A DNA stretch of 62,987 nucleotides, filler included, from Octopus bimaculoides (GCF_001194135.2; 7 parts of 6 records of this genome joined end to end with filler, not necessarily neighbours in it); one strand, 5' to 3'; shown: positions 37,590-51,488, counted from the whole stretch's first letter. Notes: generated by a model from the sequence alone, not told the origin. Made by a program: numbers and translations.

Positions 37590-39380
37590 GTTTCAGTATA
37601 ATTTTTAATATATCGACCGGTTTCGCTTTCGCTATTCATGATATTGAGGTTTACTTATTTGAATTTATATTTTCTTAAGAAGAAATTTTTGTCCATGTTG
37701 TGTGTGATGATATTTACGAGTGAATGACTTCACAAGTAGAAAAATAAGGGGAGAAAAATTGGTTATTGTTATTACTGTTATTGTTGTGGGCAACGGAAGG
37801 GGAATATATATATACACATAAAAGAAAGTTTCGAAAAACTTGTTTAGTGAGGGGATTTATGTACAGTTATGTAATTGTGAATTGAAATATGTAAAAAGAT
37901 AAAAGTTGGTTATGCGTGCATATCAAGACGTGTTCTGTATTTTTCAATGAAAAAAGTTTCTTTATTTAAACGTTCTTGTGGAGAAATTGTGTCTTTGCAC
38001 CGGTAGAAGGGAGAGACTGTGAAATTTGGTTTGATGTTATCTGCACATTTTTCTGTGTTCACTGAGAGGAATTTGCCTGTATTGCGGGAAACGGATTTGC
38101 TCTTTATATAGAGCGGTTCTCCGTCTCAAGGTCATACTCGTCTGTCCAATATAGTTGTGTCCACAACCCGAGCAGGTTATTACATAAATTAGGTTCTCAG
38201 AGGCACAAGTGAAACTAGTTTTAATTGTGAACCTTTGTCCTTGTTTGAAAAGGAAATCCGAGCCTTCAAGTAAGTTGGGGCAGTTTCCACAGTTTGGGCG
38301 TCCACATTTTTTGACCGTTTGTTTCGTGGTTGTTTTGTAAAGCTTAGCATTTGTTAGTAGTCTCTTTAGCGATGTGTGTTGCTTTTTGCATTTGATGAGT
38401 TTGTATGTTTTCAGGATGTTGTTCATTTTTGGAACTCTAGTTAGTAAAGGGAGATTTTGCACAACAGTGTTGAATACCTCACTGTTTCTGGGGTTGTGTG
38501 TTGATATAAATAGTAGTGTTTTGAAATGAGGTGTGGCATTATGTTTTGTTGTTCTTAGTGTTTTTATGTCTAATTATTTGGCACGTTTAATTCCTTCGTC
38601 TATAAGTGAGGGTGAATATTGTCTTTCAGTAAGCGTTGTTTTGAGGTCTTGAAGACGAAGGTCAAGAGTAGTTCTATCAGACACTATTGTTCAAATCCTT
38701 TTTTGCCAAATTGAAAGGGATATTTATTTTGATGTGTTTTGGGTGGCATGGGCAAAAGAGGAGATATTATGTCAGTTATATTTTGATTGTTGACTTTTTT
38801 TATCGTGATGTCTAAAAATGGGAGCTGTTCTTTATTATATTCCATTGTGAATTGAATGTTACTATTTATATCATTTAGTGTTGATTTGAAATCCAAAAGT
38901 TTATCGATGTTCTCCTTCCAAATGATAAAACAGTCATCCAGGTATCTTTTTCCAATTTTCTCTTATGTAAAGGTAAAATGGGTAACCATATTTCTGAAGT
39001 GATATTTCATATAAGGTGAATTTAAAATAACCCATTATTAGGTTCGCAAGAACAGAGGCTGCTTTCGTTTTCATCGCAATTCAGTATTTCTGACGATAGT
39101 ATGTGTCATCAAATAGGAAATAATTGTTCTAAAGCATAAATTTTAAAGATTCAATAATAAAGATCTGATTTATGCGTTCCGGGAGTACTTCGGAGTACTT
39201 TTCCAACCAGAATTTGATTGCTTTTATTCCATAGTCATGTGGGACATTGGTGTAAAGATTGATAACATCGAGGGTAACCAATATTGCCTCTTCATTAATT
39301 GTTTTTGGTAGGTGTTCTAGCATGTCTAAATCATCTCTAATGAAACTTTTTATGTAATTCAGCAAGGGTTCAGTAGGATG
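37590..39380 (-). mobile_element. Penelope-like retroelement: RT, GIY-YIG endonuclease and 3' terminal repeat; degraded
   Basis: LVTLDVINLYTNVP, (W)KRYLDDCFIIW, FTMEYNKEQLPFLDITI and NLIYVITCSGCGHNYIGQTSMTLRRR motifs. Confidence 0.93.
37610..37644 (-). ncRNA. Degenerate, probably inactive minimal hammerhead in the Penelope 3' terminus
   Basis: AUAUC AUGAAUA GC-GAAA-GC GAAAC CG GUC GAUAU: helix I 5 bp, GNRA-capped helix II, palindrome ACCGGU and a GUC site. The core differs from CUGANGA at C3 and G8. Confidence 0.65.
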
Positions 39381-39381
39381 T

Positions 39382-39700
39382 CTATAAAATTCTATAGAAC
39401 TTATGGCTAGATTGAAAGTATTTAGAAACTAATTTTAAGAATTCCCTACCTATATTAGTTTTTAAGGCAATATTAAATACGGGGTTAAACCACAAAACTT
39501 TCCTAGTTCTAGTTCTACGTGCTCTATTGTAGTTAGAATTAGCCTGACTATACCAGATCTCCGAAAATCCACTTTTCCTTAATGCATTATTATAATGCGG
39601 CGCAGCATTTTGAAATGCTGTCTCATCTGAAGAAATTGGTGATATTGATGATATGGTGGTGACAGTAATTTTGATAATAGATCTCGTAAAGTAGGTGACA
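39382..39700 (-). mobile_element. Fragment of a second, different Penelope-like family (region between RT and GIY-YIG)
   Basis: SSDETAFQNAAPHYNNALRKSGF...RTRKVLWFNPVFNIALKTNIGREFLKLVSKYF matches the RxRxIIWFNPPYS..VKTNIG..FL motif of marine-invertebrate PLEs. Confidence 0.82.
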
Positions 39701-40149
39701 TTAATGTTGCAGATAGTAACAGACACAATAATGATTCTAAGGGTTCTACCAGGCAACATAACTAGAATATATCCAACTGTAACTGCTGAGCCCCTTCTAG
39801 CTGCCCTCTGAACGAAAAATGTAATAAGTATATCGTTTATAAATACAATGTCATAACAAACAACAATATTAAATTCTACAGAGAATCATCCATAAAATTT
39901 TTCAATGTGTACATTCGTGCGTGAATGTATGTATGTATATAGGTGTATATGTAAATATTGTATGGGTAATTATGTTTGTGTATATGTATGTGCATATATA
40001 TTTTATATATACATACATACATATATGCATGTTATGTCTTTATATATTTATATGAATGTGTGTGTGTGTGTGTGTTCTTTTATTTGTTTCAACCATGCAA
40101 CTTCAGTCATGCTGGAGCACCACCGTGATTTTGCGCTTTTACGTATGAA

Positions 40150-40310
40150 TTTTCATCTGATTTCTTCCTTGCCTTCTTTCTCAACAGACCCCTGTGCCCG
40201 ACCTGCGGCAGAACCTTCCGATCTCCCATCGGCCATCGTGATCCATCTTCTCCTATTCTCCCATGTGATGTCGTTGGTCATCATTGACAACGACAGACGA
40301 ACATTAGACA
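40150..40310 (+). mobile_element. RTE LINE extreme 3' end (C-terminal zinc-finger remnant and 3' UTR)
   Basis: CPTCGRTFRSPIG followed by GTCATCATTGACAACGACAGACGAAC. Confidence 0.65.
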
Positions 40311-40470
40311 GACAGACTGATAGATAGATAGATAGATTAGAGGTATTGGTATCTAGAAGACCCAAATAGTGTCGGGTAACGCTAAGCAAGTGCTATGAAT
40401 AGACCGTGGTTAAACTCTTGGTTCGATAATGATACGAGTGAGGAGTCTAATGTATTGTATTAGCTTGCAT

Positions 40471-41030
40471 ATATATATATTAGACAGAATGAGATAAAAA
40501 AAATCCAAGGCTGTGAGGAGTTTTCAGGACGTTATAATGAAATAGTCTTACAGCTGTTTCTGGGATATTATGGCTATCCCTTCATCAGAGACGGTGTGAA
40601 AAAATATTCACTTTCCATCTATCCACAAATACTACTAATACATTTTCGAATTTCCTTCACACCATAAACCCCTTTCGAACGAGCAACACTGATTTCACGG
40701 CTCCATTCTTTGAAATGACTGAACATGTACTGCTATTGGAACTTACATACCATGTACAGGAAACTTTTTTGCCACTTCTATACACCATTTTCCTCGAATA
40801 ATGGAACTGCAACAACAATATCTTTATATATCTTATTTCTACTTATATCCCTCTATATTCCCTATCTTCCCCTTTTCTACAATAATTCGAACTCAGATAT
40901 TTTTTCACACCGTCTCTGATGAAGGGATAGCCATAATATCCCAGAAACAGCTGTAAGACTATTTCATTATAAACGTCCTGAAAACTCCTCACAGCCTTGG
41001 ATTTTTTATCTCATTCTGTTTAATATATAT
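40471..41030. mobile_element. PLE-type terminal repeat with an inverted duplication (arms about 40471-40607 and 40897-41030)
   Basis: About 135-bp near-perfect inverted arms around an approximately 290-bp spacer; each arm carries a hammerhead motif. Confidence 0.8.
40912..40959 (+). ncRNA. Minimal type-I hammerhead ribozyme motif; identical copy on the - strand at 40545-40592
   Basis: GUCU CUGAUGA A GGGAUA-GCCAUAA-UAUCCC A GAAAC AGCU GUA AGAC: helix I GUCU/AGAC, helix II 6 bp, palindrome ACAGCUGU and a GUA site. The extra A on each side of helix II is non-canonical. Confidence 0.75.
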
Positions 41031-42067
41031 GTATGTATGTATGTATGCATTGTAAACAAACCAAAAATGTCGCTTTAAATTGGAGAATATATATTAAGAT
41101 ATATTATTGTTATATATATATNNNNNNNNNNNNNNNNNNNNNNNNNNNNNNNNNNNNNNNNNNNNTTAATTAATTAANNNNNNNNNNNNNNNNNNNNNNN
41201 NNNNNNNNNNNNNNNNNNNNNATATATACACATACATACATACATAATACATACCTACCTACATACATACATACATACATACATACATACATACATACAT
41301 ACATACATACAAACGCGGATATAATTCGAAGGTATAAAAATATACAGAGGAAAAAATTTAAACGTATATGTTGTGTACACATATATTTGAGATGTGTTTT
41401 GTGACTATGTACGTGTTTACATAAATGTGTGTATGTACATATGTGTGTATATATATACGTGTGTGTGTGTGTGTGTGTATACATATGTGAGTACATGTAT
41501 GTATGTATGTTTGTATGTATGTAGTTACATGCCATATGTATGAACATCGTATAAGTACACGTGCACTATTCCTCAACAATTTCCCACAGCATGATATCTA
41601 TAGGCTCTGCATGAACCATTTAACATATGGTTTATGTTTATTTACCACTTTTATACGCACTCTATCCATATATATGTGTGTAAATATACAATTGAATTTG
41701 AGTATATATAAATGTATACAAACACACGCGCACGCTGGAACGAACGCACGCATAGATACACACGCTTACCTAGGCAAACATATATTCATGTATGCATGCA
41801 TGCAGACATTCATTGTATATGTGAGTGCGCGTACGTGTGTGCGTGCTTGTGTGTGTGTGTGTGTGTGTGTGTATTTATGCGTACACACGTGCGCACACAC
41901 TCACGCACACATACACATACTCGTATGTAAGTGTGAACATAATCCCCGTGTCACGGTTCGGTGAGAGGCAGCGGAAAAATAAGGACCTGATCCATTTCCA
42001 GCTGTTTAATGCTACGTTTTTTTACGCACAAATACCTCCGAGCAACAATTATATATCCATATATACA

Positions 42068-42099
<32 letters not shown>

Positions 42100-42118
42100 C
42101 ACAACTATATTTATGTAC

Positions 42119-42152
<34 letters not shown>

Positions 42153-42262
42153 GTATGTACATATATATGTATGTATATAGATGTGTATATATATATATAC
42201 ACATGTGTATATATATCATAAATATATGTGTATATGTATATTATAAATATATAGTGTATGTT

Positions 42263-42297
<35 letters not shown>

Positions 42298-43262
42298 AAA
42301 TGCAGAGATGCCTATAATACATGCATACATTGACTGTTTTTTTACTCTCGCTAGACCACTGGTGGTAAATAAAATTTCTAAAATTTTTTTTGCTACCCTA
42401 TAATTTATTATNNNNNNNNNNNNNNNNNNNNNNNNNNNNNNNNNNNNNNNNNNNNNNNNNNNNNNNNNNNNNNNNNNNNNNNNNNNNNNNNNNNNNNNNN
42501 NNNNNNNNNNNNNNNNNNNNNNNNNNNNNNNNNNNNNNNNNNNNNNNNNNNNNNNNNNNNNNNNNNNNNNNNNNNNNNNNNNNNNNNNNNNNNNNNNNNN
42601 NNNNNNNNNNNNNNNNNNNNNNNNNNNNNNNNNNNNNNNNNNNNNNNNNNNNNNNNNNNNNNNNNNNNNNNNNNNNNNNNNNNNNNNNNNNNNNNNNNNN
42701 NNNNNNNNNNNNNNNNNNNNNNNNNNNNNNNNNNNNNNNNNNNNNNNNNNNNNNNNNNNNNNNNNNNNNNNNNNNNNNNNNNNNNNNNNNNNNNNNNNNN
42801 NNNNNNNNNNNNNNNNNNNNNNNNNNNNNNNNNNNNNNNNNNNNNNNNNNNNNNNNNNNNNNNNNNNNNNNNNNNNNNNNNNNNNNNNNNNNNNNNNNNN
42901 NNNNNNNNNNNNNNNNNNNNNNNNNNNNNNNNNNNNNNNNNNNNNNNNNNNNNNNNNNNNNNNNNNNNNNNNNNNNNNNNNNNNNNNNNNNNNNNNNNNN
43001 NNNNNNNNNNNNNNNNNNNNNNNNNNNNNNNNNNNNNNNNNNNNNNNNNNNNNNNNNNNNNNNNNNNNNNNNNNNNNNNNNNNNNNNNNNNNNNNNNNNN
43101 NNNNNNNNNNNNNNNNNNNNNNNNNNNNNNNNNNNNNNNNNNNNNNNNNNNNNNNNNNNNNNNNNNNNNNNNNNNNNNNNNNNNNNNNNNNNNNNNNNNN
43201 NNNNNNNNNNNNNNNNNNNNNNNNNNNNNNNNNNNNNNNNNNNNNNNNNNNNNNNNNNNNNN

Positions 43263-43357
43263 NCAATAAACACTCACAACGCCCGGTCTGGGAATCGAAA
43301 CCGCGATCCTATGACCGCGAGTCCGCTGCCCTAACCACTGGGCCACTGCGCCTCCAC
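43263..43357 (-). mobile_element. 5' part of the 390-bp tRNA-derived SINE; the remainder lies in the gap
   Basis: Matches 18650-18742 almost exactly. Confidence 0.9.
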
Positions 43358-43889
43358 TTATAGTATATATAGTAAAATGAAATGAAGTATTGATTGTCTT
43401 ATTGAATAAATGAAATATTGAATATCAAATATTAAATATTAAAGGACTAGTATACTTTCTTGCATTTAAGCAGGCTTCAAGGTCTGTGTATATGTGTGTG
43501 TGTCTGTGTTTGTCCCCCCACCCCCACCATCGCTTGACAACCGACACCGATACAATAAGTACTAGGCTTACAAAGAATAAGTCCTGGCGTCAATTTGTTC
43601 GACTAAGAGCGGTGCTCCAGCATGGCCGCAGTCAAATAAATGACAGAAACAAATATAGGGATAAAAGAAGAAGAGCACTCAGAGAGCACAAATTTCTGCC
43701 AAGGCAACACAAACGTCCTCTCAACAATTAGCCAGAGATGATTTTTGAAATGTGAATATCTGACATAAACTCGACTACTCTCGCAAACGAGAATACTAAG
43801 AATGAACCCGACCGCTCTCAAAAGTTAAGTAAAAGAAACCGGAAAATAATCCAGAATCCTTGTCCGGTACCTGATCGATCCCAATGGTA

Positions 43890-44125
43890 GTTATGGAATG
43901 TGAAGGTGGGTGTGCGGGACATGTTTGTAACGCTGTATGTGTGTCGTCTGCAGTGGGAACAGGGATAGTTTTCTCTATGCAGGCCTGTTTTAGTCTACCC
44001 AGATATATAGTGTATTTACGACCATTAAGATCTATAGTGAAAAATTTATCTGTGCGTGAAAGAAAACGGAAAGGACCTGCATACGGTGCTGTTAACGGAG
44101 GTTTAACAACATCGTTGTGCACAGA
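43890..44125 (-). mobile_element. Gypsy (CsRn1-like) integrase C-terminal GPY/F module fragment
   Basis: KPPLTAPYAGPFRFLSRTDKFFTIDLNGRKYTIYLGRLKQA matches L.PPY.GP..VL.R..K.F.I...G....VSIDRLKPA. Confidence 0.85.
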
Positions 44126-44869
44126 AACGCAAATCCAAGAAGTAAAACTTCCTTCAAGGCAGAGCTAGACATGTAATTGTCAAGTAGGTAAGAGATTTTA
44201 AACAGGAGCGATATACTCAAAATTGGTAAAACTAAATATTGTCGAGGATGAATTAAATTTATTATTGTTACTGAATATATTAGTGTTATTTAATTTCTGA
44301 GTGGTTTTGCTGCCGTTTGTTTATGTAGGTTGATTTCTTTATCCCTCGGTTTCTACTAAGATAGAGACGCAAGCCGCCACGTGGAAACTATAAGCGTGCT
44401 TTCAAGGGAGATAATCAGAGAACGACTTGAAAGAACATAAGAGTGCAATACTTCATGTTATATAACAAATAATCCAGAATTCTTGTCCGGTACCGGATTG
44501 ATCCCAAAATCTAATCAGCCAGGACTAGTCACGAGGCCAAACATCCCTGATCGTTACAAACTTTCTTAATGTTACTTTTGATGTAACAGGTGTTCAAAGT
44601 TTATTTTTTAAGAAGTTTAGAATCATTGGCCAGTGATCACTTGATGTTGGTCTAATACATTGTGATTAGAATGATAGCCAAGTCACAATTATCTACGTGT
44701 AGTATAATTTTGTCTGCTGTTGTGCTAAAATGAAAATGAGGACGTAGGAAGCTGTCAAGTGACAAATAAAGAGTGAGAGTGGAAGTAGCAAAAGTAAAGT
44801 GAAAGTACAAAAACTTTCCAAGCAAACGTCAAGTGACATCCCGTTAAACCTGAAAATTTTGATCGGCTG

Positions 44870-45010
44870 TTGAAATATAATCTAAGATAGCTCTTCTACG
44901 TTCGAACGAGGCTATAGTAACATGAATGAGGGAAACAAGGTCTGGACTGTCAATCAGCCATTCAAACAATCTCATGATTATCACTTCACCGTACTCTAAT
45001 TCCATTCTGG
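44870..45010 (+). mobile_element. hAT transposase C-terminal dimerisation-domain remnant
   Basis: SSSTFERGYSNMN then, after a frameshift, RETRSGLSISHSNNLMII resembles S.A..ERGFS.MN.IKT..RNRL....L..LM.I. A repeated GACCCATTATG motif at about 45369 and 45573 may be subterminal repeats. Confidence 0.6.
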
Positions 45011-48000
45011 AAACCAGACAGTTACCTACACAACTGACTAAGGTGACATCATTCTGCCACTTATACACAAACAAAAATAGTGAAGGACAAGAATCTCATT
45101 GTGGATCTAGTCTGGAAATTCCTTTTAAAATTTCTCCAATTGAAAATATTCAAGGAAAGCGTAAATAAATATTTTTCAGAATTGTAATAAATACATTGTA
45201 TTGCTTAGAGAGAGTAGAATCATGATTAATTACCTATCGCCATTATGAAATAGTTTTGTACCAAAATTAGATGATGGTAAATATATTAGCTTATATTTTT
45301 CAACATTACCCCACAATCTGACGTATTTTCATCCAAATACTACTTTGCATATCGCTCCCTTTGTGGATGACCCATTATGCCCCACCAAGTTTTGAAATTT
45401 CAAATTTTTAAAGTAGTTCAAATATGTTTATATATGTATGAAATAAGCATTCAAAATTGCCTCCCAATCTATCAGAAGTGCTTATCAGAATCATGAGGTG
45501 CTTTTTGAGATTGTAAATCTATGTTAACAGTTGGTTTTTATTTGACATTGTTTTCAAAATTTTGGAAAAATTGACCCATTATGTCCCGCCGCAGCACACT
45601 AAAGAATACACAAACACACGTAATAATATGCAGTAGAAAATACTGATGACAACAAAGGATGTTTAAACATTTTCAGAATTCGATTTAGTATCCATTTGCT
45701 AAAAATACATGAGTCAGAAAAGGCATTCGAATGGTGTATGTGCTGACATCTGGTTCGTTGCATCATTGATCCTTCACATGTCAAAATTCATTTTCAGTAT
45801 CTTACTACCTCTTTTATCTTTTACTTGTTTCAGTCATTAGTCTGCGGCCAGGCTGGGGCACCACCTTGAAGGGTTTAAGTCAAACGAATCGACCACTGTA
45901 TTTCTTCTTTTTTAAGCCTGGTACTTATTCTGCCGGTTTCTCGGGCCGAACCACTAAGTTATGGTGGCATAAACACTCCAACACCGGTTGGCATGCAGTG
46001 GTGGGAAACACACACTCACACACGCACTCACATAAACACACACACATGATAGACTTCTTTCAGTTTCTGTGTAATAAAAATACACTTTGGTAAGCCCGAA
46101 GCTATAGTAGAAGAGTAGAATACACTTGCCCAAGATCCCACGCAGTGGGACTGAACCTAGAACCATGTGGTTGGGAAGCAAATTTCTTACCAGACAGCCA
46201 CGCCAGCACCTGTTCATCTTTAACCTTCCTTTACTCCGATCAATATCTGGTGTCTCCTAAAGTACTTGATTTGTAGTTCTTGTCGGTCAGTTAGCAGCCC
46301 ACGTATCTCATTTGAAGTTCAGACAATTCCCGGACTCGTTTTATGGACACACAATAACTTCGTCACCATGGTGTTAAAGAAATTGTTTTATTTACATGGC
46401 AGTATTTTCGATGCCCAGTCTTGCAATTTGTTTTCCTAGCAGCTAGACAATCAGTAGTTTTACGTTTCACTTGGATGAGAAAGCCAGATTTCGTACCCAG
46501 AATGATTACCCAAACCTGCTTTCATACTGGATACTCTGAATCGGAACTTCGAATGGGATTTTGCGTTGATTGTTTCAATGAATGACTTGAAATGATTATT
46601 TAGGGATTGTACAAAGAAATGTGGTATGAAACAATTTCTCAGATAAGTTAATTGTATGAAAATAAAAAATAAATAAAATAAAATACATCCCCAGATTAAA
46701 ATATCCGTGGTTGTCGTAACCATATGATATATTTTGCTCTCACCCACCCGTTTTAAGATGCAGATGTTGTTGAGTGATAGATAACCTTGTAGAATGAGGC
46801 TTCGACATTTCATTGGATGCTAGAAGTGACGTCACAGTACGAGTAGGATGAGGCCAAAGGGTAAAGGATGGCAGATAAAGATCTTTTAGATTTGGAGTGG
46901 AAACAGGAAACAATAAATAAATAAATTGAGTGAAAAAGGAAAAATAAACAATAGGAATAACTGAATACACTTTGAGTGAGTGAGAGGGGGAGAGAGAAAG
47001 GAAATATGTTGTTAGGCCTAGATGCAAAAATACATATGTATTACTTTATGCACATATGTATATGTGGTTTATGCGCATATTATCTACATATAGTAAATAT
47101 GCATACATATGATTATAATACATACATTTATATACATACACATCCACACACTCATATATATATACACGCACATATCTATACACTTTCATACAGACACACA
47201 CACATGTATGTATATGTATGTATGCATACATGCATGTCTATGAATATATATACATATGCATATGGATATATGTATATGAGTATTTTTATGTATATCAGAG
47301 TTTATGTACGCACGAATGTAATATGTGTGTGTGGGGGGGGGGGGGTAGTTTGTCCGTATCTGTATCTCTCCCAGACAAAAGGGTTATAGATTCAGTGTAG
47401 GAGTAGTATTTGGAGAAGTTTGACAATTATACAATCTCCAACTCATCCCAACCCCTATAAGTTTCAGGAATTGAAACTCTTACGAAATCATTCTTGACTA
47501 TGTAATAATGCTGTTTTAGCAGATTTATGGATACACATACATATGCACATATGCGCATATTTCTACAATGTCGCCTACATATATATATATATATATATAT
47601 ATATANNNNNNNNNNNNNNNNNNNNNNNNNNNNNNNNNNNNNNNNNNNNNNNNNNNNNNNNNNNNNNNNNNNNNNNNNNNNNNNNNNNNNNNNNNNNNNN
47701 NNNNNNNNNNNNNNNNNNNNNNNNNNNNNNNNNNNNNNNNNNNNNNNNNNNNNNNNNNNNNNNNNNNNNNNNNNNNNNNNNNNNNNNNNNNNNNNNNNNN
47801 NNNNNNNNNNNNNNNNNNNNNNNNNNNNNNNNNNNNNNNNNNNNNNNNNNNNNNNNNNNNNNNNNNNNNNNNNNNNNNNNNNNNNNNNNNNNNNNNNNNN
47901 NNNNNNNNNNNNNNNNNNNNNNNNNNNNNNNNNNNNNNNNNNNNNNNNNNNNNNNNNNNNNNNNNNNNNNNNNNNNNNNNNNNNNNNNNNNNNNNNNNNN

Positions 48001-49131
48001 NNNNNNNNNNNNNNNNNNNNNNNNNNNNNNNNNNNNNNNNNNNNNNNNNNNNNNNNNNNNNNNNNNNNNNNNNNNNNNNNNNNNNNNNNNNNNNNNNNNN
48101 NNNNNNNNNNNNNNNNNNNNNNNNNNNNNNNNNNNNNNNNNNNNNNNNNNNNNNNNNNNNNNNNNNNNNNNNNNNNNNNNNNNNNNNNNNNNNNNNNNNN
48201 NNNNNNNNNNNNNNNNNNNNNNNNNNNNNNNNNNNNNNNNNNNNNNNNNNNNNNNNNNNNNNNNNNNNNAGTGCTCGGCTGGTACTTATTTTATCGAGGA
48301 GCCTGTGAAATACTCAGCCACTTACTTTATAATTCCGTAAGCAGGTGGTTCAAGGATGCAAAACAACCAGAACACTCATCATCGAAAATTATAAAATAAC
48401 TCATAAATATTGGTTTCTAACTTTGGCACAAGGCCAGTAATTTCAGGACAGGTGGGAAGTCGAGTACATCGACCCAGTGCTCGGCTGGTACTTATTTTAT
48501 CGACTTCGAAAGGATGAAAGGCGAAGTCGACCTCGGCGGGATTTGAACTCAGAATGTAAAGACGGACGAAATACCGCTAAGCATTTTGCCCGGTGTGGTA
48601 ACGATTCTGTTAGCCCGCCGTTTTAGAATCTACATTGGTGCATTCGTGTATTAGTACAAAGACTTCCATCTTAAGTCAATGAAGCAACGAAATTTGTTAT
48701 ATGTATTCTTTACTCTTTCAATATATTCGCAAAAAATATATTCGTAATCTTTGTCGACTATTCCACTGTTCATTCGAGGTGTTTCAGTATGGTTTCTCTC
48801 TCAATACAATTCCATTCTCACATATTTAGAGTCGACTTGAGGCTATAGTAGAGGACACAGGCCTAAGATACTGTCCAGTGATACCGAACGCTAGATCTCA
48901 TAAATCCGATAAGTCCTGAATTACAATCTGTAAAGACGCGCATTCGCAAATCCGCATAGTCCAATGAGAGTTACACATGACGTTCCTGGCCTCTTAGTGA
49001 CTCATGAAATTTTCCGACACTCCCTGACAAATAGCCGCCCAGTTTCTAGAAGCAATCTTGGACTTCCTCTATTTCTTCATTCGATCAACTGATCCTACAT
49101 GAGCTAAGTTTCGGTAAGGAGCCGGTAAAAC

Positions 49132-49173
<42 letters not shown>

Positions 49174-49405
49174 ATTAAAATAATTTCAGGGGAGGTGCTA
49201 AGTCGATTACATTGATCCCAGTATTCAACTGGTACTTATTCTATTCACTCTGATAGGATGAAAAGGCAAAGTCGACCTTGGTGGAATAATAATAACAATA
49301 ATAGTAATAATAATAATAATAATAATAATCCTTTCTACTGGAGCCATATTGACTCCGAAAAGATGAAAGGTAAATTCGACCTCGGCAGAATTATGATGAG
49401 GATGA

Positions 49406-49474
<69 letters not shown>

Positions 49475-50781
49475 TGATAATAATAATAATAACCAGCGAC
49501 ATCAGTTAGCAGCGTCAAGAAAACGGCGTTAAAACGTCTCCGGTGTGAAGGTGAGTGTGATCGTTTTTGCTTTTTAATTGAAGGGGAGTCATTCATCCGG
49601 AGTTTGTTACGCATTGTCAAATAATGAATAAAGAGTTTCACTTGGTTGTCCTGAGACGTTTGGATGTTCCAGATGTCTCTGTTCCAAATGTTCCGTATGT
49701 TCTGCACCATGGCCAAGTTTCGACAGCTGTACAAGACGAAACTTTTAAAACATTTCATACACATATCACTAAACGTTGCGGCAATTAAAATTCACACAAG
49801 CAGAATATTCAAGAGTGAAAACTTCTCTGTATTACTGTTGTTATTGTTGATTGTCCTCTAACCAGTTTGGTCCAGAAGACCCATGATAAAAGGAATTACA
49901 ACTGAGAGCACCCCAAGGTTTTAGGACTATGGAGCCGGACGTTTACAATGGTACTATTCGAGGGAAATTTTGCTGCTATTTCTAGCATTCTGTGCGACGA
50001 CAAAAATAACCTTATAAGCGTAGGCGTAACTGTGTAATAAGTAATAAGAGCAAAATCCATGTCACCTACGTTTTTTTTTAACAATGATCTGAAGCTGTAC
50101 CTTGATAGCATTTGTGGTTTCAAGAGAACATATATCCAAGAACTGGTGAGAATATTCATAAGATGGAGTTATAGCACACACACACACACACTAAACACAT
50201 GAGTCGTACTGTTGTATACTTAGAAAACAACCATATGTTCATATATGCAAACACCTAACATTATAAGAGTCGTGAGATTTACTAGAAAGAGAGACGAAAC
50301 AAGCTTTTAACTTGTAGTCATGCATTCGCTTAAGTTAGTCGAAATACTAGCAAACAAACAGTTATGACATGCGTAAAATTTGAACTCATAACCACTGCGA
50401 CATTTATGTAGCTATACAAAATGCTTATTCACGAATAAAATTATGTTGTTTTTTCCTTTTTTTTTTGCAATTTTTATTATTTCAAATTTAATCATTATTT
50501 AATTGTCATTTTCTATTATGTTGACAGCAGAACGCCTCTCCCTGTGATGTCAGCGCGACTGGCACGGCGAGAATTATAAAGCTCATAGGTCAATGATTAA
50601 AAAACATGACAGACTGCGCGATTGTTCAAAACTTTGCCAATTTCGGAAGCGATCAATTGACGCATGCGCACTAATCTGTATTTTTGGCACCAAAAGTACA
50701 CCTACACTAAATTGCCCGAATCTTCCAGAAGCTTTAGTCGTGTATTTAATGTTTTTATAAGGGTGTAGGAAATAAACATAA

Positions 50782-50819
<38 letters not shown>

Positions 50820-50868
50820 TTATGTACTCAAGTGTGTTTGCATATGTGTACATGTGTAAATGCATTAT

Positions 50869-50923
<55 letters not shown>

Positions 50924-51433
50924 CATAGATGCATACATGTATGTATGTTATAAATTTATGTACGTATGTATGTTGTATGTTTTGTGTGTATTCTTTAAAA
51001 ACCGTCAAAATTGCAAGCTTGGCAAACGGCCATCAAAAATTCCATTCTGTTCTTACAAAGCACTGAACTATGTGAACGTGTTTCTATTTGTGCTCATGTG
51101 GTTGTATGTTTGTGTGTATGCGCCTGTGTATGTGTACGTGTGTGCATGCTTGTGTGTGTGTGCCTGGGAGTATGTATGTGTGTCTGTTTGCTTGAGTGCG
51201 CACGTATGTTTAGGCGCGCGCGATCTTGCGAGCATTTGTGTGCGATTGAATGTATAAGTAGTAGAAATGGATAAACTAGTCCCCATTTTCACGCATGCCC
51301 GTCTGTACATTTAGATTTGCATCACTGTAAAAGCAACATGCATTAGAGCATCTTCATTACAGCATGTGTATATATTGGCATACTCTTAAGTTCTCCTCTC
51401 TTTCCTTGCATACACATACACACATATACATAC

Positions 51434-51488
<55 letters not shown>

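Noticed and set aside
46260-46870. Possible coding remnant on the minus strand
   Set aside because: Multiple stops and no motif could be assigned with confidence.
49500-50160. Moderately complex ORFs (49225-49764 minus, 49896-50159 minus, 49664-49861 plus)
   Set aside because: No recognisable domain or consistent splice structure; left unannotated. A tBLASTx search would be needed.
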